A DNA stretch of 64,000 bases, from the NCBI GenBank assembly GCA_964291215.2, contig OZ219790.1, positions 2,048,001 to 2,112,000 of the forward strand. The letters are read 5' to 3'. Position 1 is the first letter of the stretch; every line of letters starts with the position of its first letter. This DNA is from Alphaproteobacteria bacterium (GTDB taxonomy: Bacteria > Pseudomonadota > Alphaproteobacteria > MPNO01 > UBA830). The position numbers and the translations under genes were made by a program. Below, one piece after another: positions 24,420 through 36,206 of the stretch. The notes beneath the pieces are model-generated. The model was not told where the DNA came from. It saw only the letters and a program-made list of their open reading frames with translations, and searched no databases.

Positions 24420-25345
24420 AATCCATCGGTAATTCGGTGCCCGACAACTCGGGCCGCCGGTCGATGAAGCGCGCCGAGCGATGACTCGCGGAATGCGAGG
24501 GTCGCGCAGTTCGCACGCTCCTGGAGAACGACTATCTCCTTGGCGTGGCCGACGAAACCCGGCTGGGCGCATTGCGCTTCCGTCGGGCTGGCGACCAGAC
24601 GTTCGAGGCTCCGATTCGCACAGGCATGCCGGCTCTGATCGCGCTTGACCGTCTGCTTCAGATCACTGAGCGAATTCTCCGCGACGAGGAAACCGACGAA
24701 TATCTCCGGCTCATCTTCGCGCCCGGTTCCTCCCTGGGCGGCGCGCGCCCGAAGGCGTCGGCGGTCGACCAGTACGGCCGCCTCTCGATCGCCAAGTTTC
24801 CGAAGGAGACCGACGGTTACTGCATGGAAACTTGGGAGGAGATTGCGCTGCGTCTGGCCAACCAGGCGGGGGTCATCACGCCCACGCATGATCTGATCGA
24901 TGTCACCGGCAAGAAGGTCATGCTGTCACGGCGCTTCGATCGCTAAGGCGCAATCCGTATTCCATTCCTGTCGGCCATGGCGATGATGGGTGCGCGAGAT
25001 GGCGAGCGCGGCAGCTACCCCGAGATCGTCGATGGTCTCGCGGAACATAGCGCCCAAGGAAAGACGGACGCCCATGCTCTTTATCGGCGCATCGTCTTCA
25101 ACGTGTTGATCTCCGATGTCGACAATCACCTGCGCAACGACGGCTTCCTGTAACTCGGCAGGACGAGATGGTCACTCTTTCCCGCCTACGACCTCAATCC
25201 TGTATCCGCAGACCTCAAGGCACATGTCCTGACGACCAACATCGATCTCGACGAGGGCACCTGTTCGCTCGATCTGCTGGAGGCCGTCTCAGGGTATTTT
25301 GCGCTGACGCTGGCGCAGGCCCGTCCGATCATCTAGGAAGTCGCG
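24420..25345 (+). pseudogene. HipA-family toxin kinase, inactivated
   Basis: SSLGGARPKA and DNHLRN motifs. Stops at 24944, 25151 and 25334. Confidence 0.85.
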
Positions 25346-26354
25346 ACGAATGTGGAACGGACAGCCGCTCTTCCCGGACAACGGATCCAACCTGCCCTGT
25401 TCCGCGACGATCGACTACCGACAGGGTGCCGCCAACGGAATCCCCATCAGACAGTGTGCCAACGCTCATACGTCATACCGCCGGGAATTTCTTCCGCCTC
25501 CCGACGAACTTTTGCGCCACGCTGAAACAACCAGGACCGGCGGTGCTATAATCGACTGATGGTGTTTCGACAACCGGAATCCCATTCTCCTCGAATCCGA
25601 ATCATGGGTCCGTCCCTTTCTGTCTGGACAAAAGCGGACTGACCGGGCTTCTCCCACGAAGATCCCACGCTGCTAATCCGGCGACGACTGGAGAGATTTT
25701 TACAGTTTGCGTCGCGCTGCAATCGTGCCGCCAAGACTCGATAGAGCTTTCTCGGCACAAAAATTGCGATCAAGGAGGCGATCTGTGATAACGCGAGCCC
25801 CAACGCATTCGGATTTCGCGTCTCCGAATTAGCATGGGATCACCGTGGGGCTTTTCCGGACCGCCAGCTTGTCTGTCCCCATTTGTCCTCGATTGTCCGG
25901 ACAGGCGGAAACCAGAAGGGACAAACGAAGAGTCATAACAGTGTAAAGTTGCCGCTGGAGCGCCATGCAGCGGGATCGAGAACGCCGCCGCGGCGCGCAG
26001 GCCTCGTTGCAACAGTTTTCCGTTGACGGACGCGTCCTATCTCCTGTCCATCCGCATTGGTGCCACAGCTCTGCGGGAGCCTTCCGTGTTCACGGCAAGA
26101 CTCGAGGGCAGAATTAATACCGGCCACAGACGGTCCGGCCGGAAAACGAACAGCGCCACCGTCAGCAGCCGGTCCGGAGCAGGGTTGCAGCCCGCCCGCT
26201 TATCTGACAAAACCGGCAAAATCCCGACAGTGCGCCGCTCAGCGCCCCGTCTGCGGAGGATGCCGCTTCGGCTGTCTTTCCCGGGCCGGCGCCACGCGAA
26301 CCGGAAACGCCGCCCGGCGCGGACTGGAATCCGAGCGATTTCGAGGAACGAAGC

Positions 26355-26780
26355 ATGCCCGACAACGTAACATCGATGGAAGCTCTGCAGGAGCGGATGA
26401 GCGCCAGCCCGTTCAACGACTGGATGGGCCTCAGGATCGAGAGTTTGACCGAAGACGAGATCACGGTGTCGGTGGGGTGGCGCGAGGAGATGATTTCGAA
26501 CCCGGCCGCCCGTTACACCCATGGCGGGATCATCGGCGCCGTCATCGACACGGTGGCGGATTTCATGATCGCGGCAAAGGTCGGCATGCCCGTCCCGACG
26601 GTCGACATCCGCATCGACTACCACCGCGCTGCGATGCCCGGCGATCTCACCTGCACCGGCCGCATCGTCCGCCTCGGGAGCACGAACTCGGTCGCCGAGG
26701 CCTATCTGCGGGATGGTGAAGGCAGGCTGGTCGCGAGCGGGCGCGGCACGTATTTCACCGCCGCCGCACGGAAAGACTGA
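26355..26780 (+). CDS. PaaI-family thioesterase
   Basis: HGGIIGAVID and PTVDIRIDY motifs. Confidence 0.92.
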   Translation: MPDNVTSMEALQERMSASPFNDWMGLRIESLTEDEITVSVGWREEMISNPAARYTHGGIIGAVIDTVADFMIAAKVGMPVPTVDIRIDYHRAAMPGDLTCTGRIVRLGSTNSVAEAYLRDGEGRLVASGRGTYFTAAARKD

Positions 26781-26884
26781 CGGATCGAACTCCGCCGGGC
26801 CGGTCTCGGACGGCCCGACACCCTTGCAGACATGCAGGAGCCGGCCGACCGCAAGGACGGCGCGCCGTCCTGCATCTCCCGCGC

Positions 26885-28180
26885 TCAACCGAACACGCGC
26901 CGGAAGATCGTGTTCACATGTTTAGCATGATGGCCCGGATCGAACAGGCCGGCGAGGGTGGCGTGATCGAGGAAACTGCCGATCTCGTCATCCTCCTGCA
27001 GCCGCTCCAGAAACGAACCGCCGCCATTCCACACCGCCATCGCATTGCGCTGCACGGCAGAATAGGCGTCCTCGCGGCTCATCCCGGCCTGGGTGAGCGC
27101 GAGCAGCACCTGCTGCGAATGGACCAAGCCGCCGAGCCGGTCGAGATTGGCCGCCATGTTTTCGGGATAGACGACGAGCCGTTCGATGACGCTGGCGGCG
27201 CGGGCCAGAAGAAAGTCAAGCGTGATCGTCGCGTCGGGGCCAATCACCCGCTCGACCGACGAATGCGAGATGTCGCGCTCGTGCCAGAGGGCCACATTCT
27301 CCATCGCCGGAATGCAGCTCGACCGTACCAGCCGCGCAAGCCCCGTGATGTTTTCGGTGAGCACTGGATTGCGCTTGTGCGGCATCGCCGAGGAGCCTTT
27401 CTGGCCAGGCGCGAAATACTCCTCGGCCTCCATCATCTCCGTGCGCTGGAGGTGGCGGATTTCGACGGCGAGGCGCTCGGCCGAGGACGCGATGACAGCG
27501 AGAGTAGCAAAGAACATCGCGTGCCGGTCGCGCGGGATGACTTGGGTCGACACCGGCTCCAGCTCGAGACCCATAGCCCGCGCGACATGTTCCTCAACCC
27601 GGGGGTCGATATTGGCGAAGGTGCCCACCGCCCCCGATATCGCGCAAGTCGCGATTTCGTTGCGGGCTGCGCGCAGGCGGGCACGGTTGCGGTCGAACTC
27701 GGCATAGTGGCCGGCGAGCTTCAGGCCGAAGGTGGTGGGTTCGGCGTGGATCCCGTGGCTGCGGCCGATGACCGACGTCATTCTGTGCTCTTCGGCCCGC
27801 GCACGAAGCGCCGCCAGTAGGATGTCGAGATCCTCAAGAAGGATTTCGGCTGCCTGGGAAAGCTGGACCGCAAGGCAGGTGTCGAGAACATCGGACGACG
27901 TCATGCCCTGATGGACGAAGCGCGCCTCGTCGCCAACATGTTCAGCAAGGTTGGTCAGAAACGCGATGACGTCATGCCGGGTCTCGCGCTCTATCTCGTC
28001 GATGCGCTCGACTTCGAAGCGGCCGCGCTCGCGCACCGCCCTCGCAGCTTCCTTCGGAATCACGCCAAGCTCGGCCTGGGCATCGCAGGCATGGGCTTCG
28101 ATCTCGAACCAGATGCGGTACCGGTTCTCGGGCGTCCATATTGCCGCCATCCGCGGCCGTGAATAGCGCGAAATGGCCAT
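26885..28180 (-). CDS. purB: Adenylosuccinate lyase
   Basis: TRHDVIAF, GRSHGIHAEPTTFG and GSSAMPHKRNP motifs. Confidence 0.97.
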   Translation of the reverse strand: MAISRYSRPRMAAIWTPENRYRIWFEIEAHACDAQAELGVIPKEAARAVRERGRFEVERIDEIERETRHDVIAFLTNLAEHVGDEARFVHQGMTSSDVLDTCLAVQLSQAAEILLEDLDILLAALRARAEEHRMTSVIGRSHGIHAEPTTFGLKLAGHYAEFDRNRARLRAARNEIATCAISGAVGTFANIDPRVEEHVARAMGLELEPVSTQVIPRDRHAMFFATLAVIASSAERLAVEIRHLQRTEMMEAEEYFAPGQKGSSAMPHKRNPVLTENITGLARLVRSSCIPAMENVALWHERDISHSSVERVIGPDATITLDFLLARAASVIERLVVYPENMAANLDRLGGLVHSQQVLLALTQAGMSREDAYSAVQRNAMAVWNGGGSFLERLQEDDEIGSFLDHATLAGLFDPGHHAKHVNTIFRRVFG

Positions 28181-28577
28181 CAGTCTCGCGTCATGTGGCT
28201 GTGAGTCATTGGGACCGCCCCCGAGGGTGGCGCCGCCATGAACCGGCGGACGGTCCAGCCTACTCGACCCGATTCCGGACGACAAGGGAACTGCCGGCCC
28301 GCCGGCTCCGCAAGGCCCGCCAATCCGCGATGTTCCGACACGGCGCCGCGCGAGAATGGTGATGCAGTTCCCTGTCAGACCCGGGCGGCGGCCGAAAACG
28401 CGCCCCGTAAAATCGGCAACACGCGCCGCTGCGACAGCAAAACGGTATTGAAGTTGCGCGGCAATCCGGTCGGTGGCAGAAACCGGGCTGTAGTGGCACG
28501 CGGGCCGGAGCATGACGCAACGGGGGATCCGGCCCGACGCTGGCGGACCAGTACCACGCTATCGGAGGTGGCGCAGG

Positions 28578-29336
28578 ATGGGAGAGTATCCGGACCGTCA
28601 CGATTTCGTCACGGTCGCACTGACCGGAACCGGCACGCCGCGCCGCTTTGCACGAAATGAAGGCGGCCGGGATTTCGTCGTTGGCGACCTTCACGGCGCG
28701 TTCGCCACGCTCGAAGCGCTACTCGACGAGGTATCGTTCGACACTCGCCACGACCGCCTGTTCTCGGTTGGCGACTTGGTGGATCGCGGCGCCGCCTCGG
28801 GAAAGGCCCTCGACTGGATCGAGGGCCGTCCGTGGTTTCATTCCGTTCGCGGCAATCACGAGCAACTCCTGCTCGATTCGGCAACAAGCTTCGGAGCCGT
28901 GCAGCTCTGGATGTCGAACGGTGGCGACTGGTGGCATGCGGAGGACGACAGCCGGCAGAGCCGGTTCCGCGACGCCGTTGCCCGGTTGCCTTTCGCGCTC
29001 CGCATTGAGACCGCCACCGGCGGCGTCGGCGTCATCCATGCGGATATCCCGAGCGGCTGGGACTGGGACTCCATGTGCACCCGCCTCGGAGCGGGCGACC
29101 GCGAGGCCATCTGCCACGCGCTGTGGCTCCGCGAGCGCTGCCGCCTGCCCGAAAGCGGCAAGCCGGTTGCCGGCGACATCGACCGCATCTATTGCGGCCA
29201 CACACCGATGAAGGAACCGACGACCGTAGCGAACATCCATTATCTCGACACCGGCGCCGGCTGGGGCCACCGGCTGACTATCGCGGAAATACACCCCCGG
29301 CGCCACTGGACGCACACGCTGGCCGTGATTGACTGA
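28578..29336 (+). CDS. Ser/Thr protein phosphatase (PPP metallophosphoesterase, PphA/NinI-like)
   Basis: GDLHG, GDLVDRG, RGNHE and GHT motifs. Confidence 0.9.
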   Translation: MGEYPDRHDFVTVALTGTGTPRRFARNEGGRDFVVGDLHGAFATLEALLDEVSFDTRHDRLFSVGDLVDRGAASGKALDWIEGRPWFHSVRGNHEQLLLDSATSFGAVQLWMSNGGDWWHAEDDSRQSRFRDAVARLPFALRIETATGGVGVIHADIPSGWDWDSMCTRLGAGDREAICHALWLRERCRLPESGKPVAGDIDRIYCGHTPMKEPTTVANIHYLDTGAGWGHRLTIAEIHPRRHWTHTLAVID

Positions 29337-29472
29337 TACCGGTTCTCGGGGACAGCACGCGGCGCTTCACCGATTCTACCGCCGGAAAGCCCCGACCGGC
29401 ACCACCTGGATGCCAGCAGCTTCCTGCGGCGCGACCACGACCCTGACAGGGATGTCCACGATAGCTTGGAGA

Positions 29473-29501
29473 TTGCCTTTTGCGCAGACATCGAATATAC
29501 T
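29473..29501 (+). promoter_or_regulatory. sigma70-like promoter of tRNA-Arg
   Basis: TTGCCT-17 bp-TATACT, 12 nt upstream of the tRNA. Confidence 0.65.
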
Positions 29502-29513
29502 CCCGTCTTCTAG

Positions 29514-29590
29514 GCGCCCGTAGCTCAACTGGACAGAGTACCTGACTACGGATCAGGGGGTTGGGGGTTCGAATCCTCCCGGGCGCGCCA
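29514..29590 (+). tRNA. tRNA-Arg (ACG)
   Basis: GCGCCCG acceptor stem, CCTGA-CTACGGA-TCAGG anticodon arm, GTTCGAATC T-loop, encoded CCA. Confidence 0.96.
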
Positions 29591-29649
29591 TGCTTCCCGA
29601 CATTGCCAAAGACTACACTGCCCCGGCGCGGCGCCAGTGGTTGGACGCG

Positions 29650-30517
29650 TTCTCAAGCCTCGCCGCAGAAGGCGAAGCGGAAGGCGTCGCCGTGCGCTCT
29701 CACGTGGCCCGCGGACGGCGTCGCGAAATGCGCCGGCATCATCGGAGCATCGTTTTCGGCCTGCGTTTCGAGAAACGCGCGGCGCGTGGCCCGCGCGCCG
29801 TCCGCATCGACGCAGAAGCAGCTGTTCTGGTGCTCCGCATTGCAGCGGATGATGCATCAGATCGCCGCTCATGACCGCCTCGCGCCCGCGGCTCCGGATG
29901 CGCACGCAGACATGGCCCGGGGACGGCTCGAGGCGAACCCAGCGGTCGATCACGTGATCGTCGGCCACGAGGTCCGCCTGCCCGGCACGCATCACCGGCG
30001 TGATCGAGTCCTCGTGATAGGGGTCGTCGGCGAAGTTCTCGGTGCGATAGTGCCGTTCCCAGAATTCTCATTCCCGGCGGCCGAACAGGTAGCGGGCATT
30101 GGGGAAAGTTGGCACCCACACGCCGCCAACGAGCCGCGTGTTCCAGCCGACGTGATCGACATGCAGATGAGTGCAGAGCACACGGTCGACAGCCTCTGGC
30201 GCCACGCCGGCGCGGTCGAGATTGGCAAGGTAAGGCCACGACCTGCGGTGATAGCGCGGCTTGCGCAGCCGTTCGCGATCGTTGCCGCTGCAGGTGTCTG
30301 CCAGGACAACGGTCTGCGGCGTGGTGATGACGAAGCTGTGGAAGGCAAGGACGAGAAGGTCCGACACCGGGTCGAGAAAGCCGGGTCCGAGCCAGCCGCG
30401 CTGCGCCTCGACGATGTCCGGCCGGATAGCAGTAAACAGCACTTCGAGCGCAAGCAGCGGCTGTTCGAATTCGAGGACACGATCTATGCGGACATCGCCA
30501 AGTTGTCAGCTGTTCAT
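29650..30517 (-). pseudogene. MBL-fold metallo-hydrolase, inactivated
   Basis: THLHVDHVG and GDLMH motifs. TGA stops at 30506 and 30068. PGHTPGH motif reduced to PGH. Confidence 0.85.
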
Positions 30518-30606
30518 GAACCCTCGCCGGGGTTTGTCGCATGGCCTGCGACCGCCGACCAAGGCTCTTCTTTTGCCATGTTCTTGATATTAATAAAATA
30601 ATGATT

Positions 30607-31803
30607 CCCCCGTTCCATAGTGAAGTTCAAAACATGATGGGATTTAATCATGTGTTTTTAGACGCATGATGTTGCGGAGCGGTAGCGGCGAGAGTTCCTG
30701 TACAAGATGAAGGGAGCTTGTTCATGTCCAAAGGCTACCGTCACCTACGAAGAGCGATACCAGATTGAGGCAGAAAAGCGGTCTTTCACAAGGTGCGATT
30801 GCTCGGCGGCTGGGCCGATCAACAATTTTCCGGGAGATCAAGCGCAACACCGGGGGACGGGGTTACCGTCACAAGCAGGCGCAAAGAATGGCAGAAACGC
30901 AGGGCAGCCTCGTCTGTTTCCTAGCGGTTGACGCCTCGGGCTGAAGCTCAGAAAAAGCTGCGGGAGGGCCCCGAGCAGCGGCCGTTTTCGACTGGAGGGC
31001 CGTGGGTCGGCAACGTATCCATGATCGCATTCATGAAGATCGGAGAGCCGGGGGCGTCTTGTGGAAGAAGCTTCGGCGGCGCGGCAAGAAGCCGAACTGG
31101 AAGAGCGGATGCCATTCTGGCCGGGTGGACATTTCCGAGCGCCCTGCGGAGGCAAAGGAACGGATCGGCGACTGGGAGCCATCATCGGCAAAGCTCACAG
31201 TGGAGCTGTCGTGTCGCTCGTGCCACGAAATACACCTTGCTGGGTGGACAGAAAGACACGGTCGGTTCGGTCATGATCCGCCTGCTCGGCTCTGGTGCGC
31301 TATTGGTCCACACAATCACGTCAGACAACGGAGTTCGCAGACCACAGGCGTGTCGCACTTGACGCAGATTTCTTCTTCGCCTTTCCATTCCTGGGAGCGT
31401 GGCTTGAATGAGCACACCAACGGCCTGGTGCGGGAGTACTTCCCGAAGGGCAAGGACTTTCGCGCGACATGCAACGAAGATGTTCAGAAGGTGCGGCTCA
31501 ACACTCGGAAAGTCCTGGGATCGCCGACGGAGGTAATCTTGAAGTGAAACCGACCTGACCATCTGCGCCATGTTCCGCAGCCGCAACGTGCAGCAGGGTC
31601 CATGCCGCGCGACGACGAAATAGTGGCTTGAAGCCGACAAAGGCGTTGCATAAGCTCGATGTTGAAGGAACTGAAGCTGTTCCCAAGCGGAATCGAGAGG
31701 GGCAGAGGGGGAAAACTTGTGCAACATCCGGCCCTCATCTCCGTTCGGGCTACGCCCTCACTGCGATGAGGGCCGGATGTTGCACTTCAGACTGGAAGTG
31801 GGG
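30607..31803 (+). mobile_element. IS30-family element, copy 2, eroded
   Basis: Same TIRs as copy 1. TSD ATT (30604-30606, 31804-31806). Confidence 0.88.
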
Positions 31804-31932
31804 ATTTTATATCAATGAGTTAAAATTGCATTACCTGATGTGTCTTCATTTCGAGATCAGATGTTTTCAACCCCGTGCGCCCGTTTGTCCGTAAAAGTTC
31901 CGTCGGGCCGTGACGGGCCTGATCGACCCATT

Positions 31933-32190
31933 TTAGCGATTGAGGGTTCTGAGCCAGATGTGCTTTTTCGGCTGGTCTCGTTTGTTGTGCCTGTCGTAGC
32001 GTCCCCGGCCCTGGGTTGTGCCGACGCGGGTCCAGCCGGAAGCCTTGTAGACGGCACCGGTGTATCGCGGGGTCTCGATGAGCACGGGGGTGATGTTGTA
32101 GCGCTCGGTCCAGTCTGTGGGCAGGCGGCGGCGGACGATGGCGAGGATGTGCGAGCCGAGGTTGGGGATCTCGATCCAGGGCAGGCCTCT
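31933..32190 (-). pseudogene. DUF4338 (DruA-like) C-terminal fragment
   Basis: PNLGSHIL...DWTERY..PVLIET...GAVYKASGW...TTQGRGR. Confidence 0.7.
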
Positions 32191-32515
32191 CGCCCCAGGC
32201 GCAGGCCGTCGACTTCTGGCACAGCTGCGAGCATCTCCGCACAACCTCCGACCACGCCGTCGATCCCCGCTGGTTCGAGACTTACCGCCATACCCTGCGA
32301 CACGACCTGCACGGCAGCGCCAGGGTCATCAGGGCGCTGTGCTATCTCCGCGACAAGGCAGGCAGCAACCGCATCACGCGCATCGCCATCGAGCGCGAAC
32401 TCGCCTTCTTCCGCAAGCACCGCAAGCGCATGCGATACCGCAACCTCAGCGACCGGGGCATCGCCATCGGCTCCGGTGTCGTCGAGGCCGCAAACAAAAC
32501 CCTCGTCAAACAGAG
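32190..32515 (+). pseudogene. ISKra4/ISLre2-like transposase fragment
   Basis: Near-copy of about 43100-43410 (DFWH, IGSGVVEAANK). Confidence 0.8.
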
Positions 32516-32636
32516 AACCGCACCTTTGGTGCTAACCATCTGACATGATTGTGGATTTTTCCCGTTTCCGGTGCAACCGAGCGCGGCATCGAACCCGGTT
32601 CTGCACAGGAGTGCAACAGATCAGGGAGCCGCAATC

Positions 32637-33758
32637 TTGGCAGCCATCCGCCTCACCCAGCGCCGGGTCGATACCCTCCGGCCCCGCAAGTCCGTCCGCA
32701 ATGTCCGGGACGCCGGACTGAAGGGCTACGGCGTGCGCGTCATGCCTTCGGGCACGAAGCGCTACTTCATCCACAGCCAGCACCGCGGCCACCGGGTCTG
32801 GAAGATCGTCGGCGACGCAGCGGTCATGACCGAGGCCGAAGCGCGCGCCCGGTCCATGCTCGCCGCTCTCCGCGACGACAGGGACATCGAAGCGGAAGCA
32901 TCCGGCGACGCGCTGTTCGAGAGCGTCGCCGAAGAGGTCTTCACCCGCTACGGCAGGCGCTGGAAGCCGCGCACGCTCGCCGTCAACCGCCATTATCTCC
33001 GGCGACAGATACTGCCCTTCTTCGCGGGCCGGCCGATCGCGGAGATCGACCGCGAGGAGGTGCAGCATTGGTTCCGCTCGCTCCATGCGGTGCCGGCGGC
33101 GGCGAACCGTTCGGCGCCGATCCTGTCCGTCATCATGCAGCAGGCCGAGGCCTGGGGATACCGCACCGATGGCGGCAATCCCTGCAAGGGCATCCGGCGC
33201 TACCGGCAGAAGCGGTCGGAGCGCTTCCTGTCGCCCGAGGAATACCGCCGCCTCGGCAGGGCGCTGGACCGCCATGAGGCCCGGCAGCCGTTCCGGGTCG
33301 CGGCGCTCCGCCTGCTTCTGCTGACCGGCTGCCGCAAGTCGGAGATCGTCACCCTGGAATGGCGCTTCTACCGCGATGGCAGGCTCTACCTGGCTGATTC
33401 CAAAACTGGTCCCCGCACGGTCTGGCTGTGCAAGGCGGCGCGGGAGGTCCTCGACGGGCTGCCGCGTTCGTCGCGCTTCGTGTTCCCCATCGCAGGCCGG
33501 CGCACGCCCTGGAGCTGGCTGGACGCCTTCTGGATGCAGTTGCGCACCGAGGCGGGCCTCGAGGACATGCGCCTGCATGACATGCGGCACAGCTACGCCA
33601 GCATGGCGCTGTCGGGCGGCGAGACGATCCGCACGGTGGGCCGGCTGCTGGGTCATGAGAAGGCTGCGACCACGCTGAAATACGCGCATCTCTCCGACGC
33701 GACGGTCAGGGAGACGGTCGAGGCGCTGGCGCCGCTGCTCTCGGGAGCGCAGTCATGA
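32637..33758 (+). CDS. Tyrosine integrase with arm-DNA-binding domain (Int1)
   Basis: TTG start after GGGAG. GYGVRVMPSGTKRY arm domain, TGCRKSEI, DSKTG, HDMRH and LLGH...TLKY motifs. Confidence 0.88.
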   Translation: MAAIRLTQRRVDTLRPRKSVRNVRDAGLKGYGVRVMPSGTKRYFIHSQHRGHRVWKIVGDAAVMTEAEARARSMLAALRDDRDIEAEASGDALFESVAEEVFTRYGRRWKPRTLAVNRHYLRRQILPFFAGRPIAEIDREEVQHWFRSLHAVPAAANRSAPILSVIMQQAEAWGYRTDGGNPCKGIRRYRQKRSERFLSPEEYRRLGRALDRHEARQPFRVAALRLLLLTGCRKSEIVTLEWRFYRDGRLYLADSKTGPRTVWLCKAAREVLDGLPRSSRFVFPIAGRRTPWSWLDAFWMQLRTEAGLEDMRLHDMRHSYASMALSGGETIRTVGRLLGHEKAATTLKYAHLSDATVRETVEALAPLLSGAQS

Positions 33759-34920
33759 CGGGCAGGGCGGGGAAGGTCCGCCTGACGGATGCAGGCGTCG
33801 CAAGATTGAAGCCGGGCGGGACGGAATATATCGTGAAGGACACGCGTATCGCCGGTCCGGGCGTGCGGGTCCGTCCTTCCGGGCATCGCGGTTTCGTGTG
33901 GCACGGGACCGTGAACGGCAGGATGGTGCGGACGACCATAGGCGCGGCCGCGCTGATGACGGTAGAGGAAGCCCGGGTCGCATGCCGGGCCCTGCTGGAC
34001 GGCTCGCATTCGCTCTGCGCCGCAGACCCTGCCGCCCGGACTTCCGTTCCCCTGTTCCGGGATTTCGTCATGCAGGACTGGCTGCCGGCGCGCCGGGGCC
34101 ATTGCAGCCCGGTCTGGGGCGAGCGCGTGGAGCATATGGTCCGGCGACGGCTTCTGCCCGCCTTCGGGGCGCTCCGCCTCGACCGCATCGCCAGGCCCAT
34201 GTCGAACGCTGGTTCGACGCCATGAGCCGCAAGACGCCGGGCGCCGCCAACATCGCGCTCGTCGTGTTGCGCCAGATCGTGACCGCCGCCAGGGCCGTCG
34301 GTCATGTTGGAACCGACCCTGCCGCCGGCGTCAGGCCGAACCCGCGCCGGAAGATGATCCGCTTCCTGTCCGCAGAAGAGATCGCCCGGCTTCACCGAAC
34401 CCTGGACCGGCTGGTGCGGGAACGGCCCTCGCGCCGCCCGCAGGCCGACATCATCCGCCTGCTGCTGCTGACCGGCTGCCGGAAGAGCGAAATCCTGAAG
34501 CTCGGATGGTCGGAGGTCGACGGCGACACACTCAGATTGGCGGAGGCCAAGATGGGCGCGCGCACGGTATGGCTGAGCGGGGCGGCGCAGGCCGTCATCG
34601 CCCGCCAACCGCGAAACGGGAGCGCCTTCGTGTTTCCGTCGCCGGGAGACCCGGCAAGGCCGCAATCCAGCAATCTGGGTCTCTGGCTTCTGGCAAGGCG
34701 TGAAGCCGGAATCGAGGATGCGCGCCTGCACGATTTGCGCCATACGGTGGCCAGTCAGGCCGTGGCCAGTGACGTTCCGCTGCCGATCGTCCTCGGATGC
34801 TCGGTCATACGCAGCCGATCATGACGCTCAGATACGCCCATGTCGGGACCATGAGGTCGAAAACGCCGCAGAACGCATCGGGGCGAGAATCGCCAAGGCT
34901 TTGGCTGGCGGGCCAGTCGA
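33755..34920 (+). pseudogene. Second tandem tyrosine integrase (Int2), frameshifted
   Basis: ATGA overlap with Int1. GVRVRPSG, TGCRKSEI and HDLRH motifs. Frameshifts near 34190 and 34790. Confidence 0.85.
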
Positions 34921-35271
34921 TTACGGGAGTCCACCCTGATACCCGACTGCCGGATCGCACGACAGGGCAGGAACGCTCAGCAGGCTGGGCACAACTCCGT
35001 GAGGCGTTTGCGCAGTTCTGAAGTCGTTTCTGGGCAAGGGCTTCGGGCCGGGCTGAGATTTTTCTTACCCCGGCGGTTTGTCTGATTTCCGCGGTGTTCG
35101 GCGTGACGCGGGGTCGGGTTTGTCGATTTTCACCCCACGCCGGGAGGAGGGCCGGGCGTGCCCGGTCGTCGTCTTTGCTGGCGCGTCGCGTTGTGCGTTC
35201 GTCATGAGATAGAAGTTGTCGCTATCGGGCCTGGGCCCTGTTCCCCTACGTGTCCAGACGATTGGAAGAAC

Positions 35272-35829
35272 ATGATGGCGACGGGAGAGACGTTACCGTT
35301 TTCGTGGCGGTCTGTCGAAGGTCTTCCGGATCTTGCGCGGTTGCGTGTGGTGCTGGAGGTGCTTCCGGACGAGGAGGTTGTGGCGGCGCTTGAGGCGGGT
35401 CGTGGCCGGGGTCGCAACGACTACCCGGTGCGGGCGATGTGGCGGGCTCTGATAGCGGGGATCGTGTTCCAGCACGCCTTGATGCAGTTGCTTCTGCGGG
35501 AGCTGGGCCGCAACCCGGCGCTTCTGGAGATTTGCGGGTTCGAGGCGCTTCCCTGGCAGGGCGCGCGGTGAGGCGTCCGGCGCCGTTGCGCTCGACGGTG
35601 CCGGGTTTCCTGGAACTTCTCGCACTTTCTAGGGCGCGTGGTGCGGCTTGATGACGAGCGCGGCCTTGTGTCGGGGATGATCGGGCGTCTGCGCGCCTCG
35701 CTGTTCGAGGAGTTGCCGGACTTCGGTCGCCATCTCGGGTATGACGGCAAGGCGGTGGCGAGCCACTCGACGGGCCGGATTGCCGGTGACAGGGGGAAGA
35801 CATCGGACCCCGATGCGGACTGGGGCAAG
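35272..35829 (+). pseudogene. Transposase, 5' half
   Basis: GRGRNDYPVRAMWRAL and YDGKAVASHS...DPDADWGK motifs. Confidence 0.8.
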
Positions 35830-35911
35830 TAAATAACTTCCCACGAAGCACCCACTTCGGCATCCCTGCCAAGCCCTTCCATTCGAGGCATGTATGACAT
35901 AAGTAGTTGCG

Positions 35912-35940
35912 TTGACAGGGTTATTTCTGTCCGCTAGATT
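35912..35940 (+). promoter_or_regulatory. sigma70-like promoter upstream of Int3
   Basis: TTGACA-17 bp-TAGATT. Confidence 0.65.
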
Positions 35941-36206
35941 GCGGCCATGGAACCCACAGTCGCCAAACGAGACAAGAGAGCGAGTGCTTACGATCCGTTT
36001 CGCACGCTCGCATTCCCGCTGCGCTTACGAGAAAATCGACCCGTTCCACCACAGGACGCCATCCGTCGAATCCGGTTCGGCGAGGCCGTGACGGAGGGAG
36101 CGATGGCGCAGACCGAATTCGGACCGGACCTGCCGGAACGCGGAGCCGGCATCGTCGTTTTCATCGTCGCCATGACCGAACGCCCTCGTCTCCGGAGCAG
36201 GACGCC

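Noticed and set aside
25350-26340. About 1 kb with short ORFs after the hipA pseudogene
   Set aside because: No family motif or repeat structure recognised; probably decayed DNA plus promoter region
29514-29590. tRNA-Arg as the island attachment site
   Set aside because: No duplicated tRNA 3' end was found by eye in the window
30068-30508. TGA-to-Trp recoding
   Set aside because: Intact genes use TGG for Trp and TGA as stop, and the same pseudogene has other lesions
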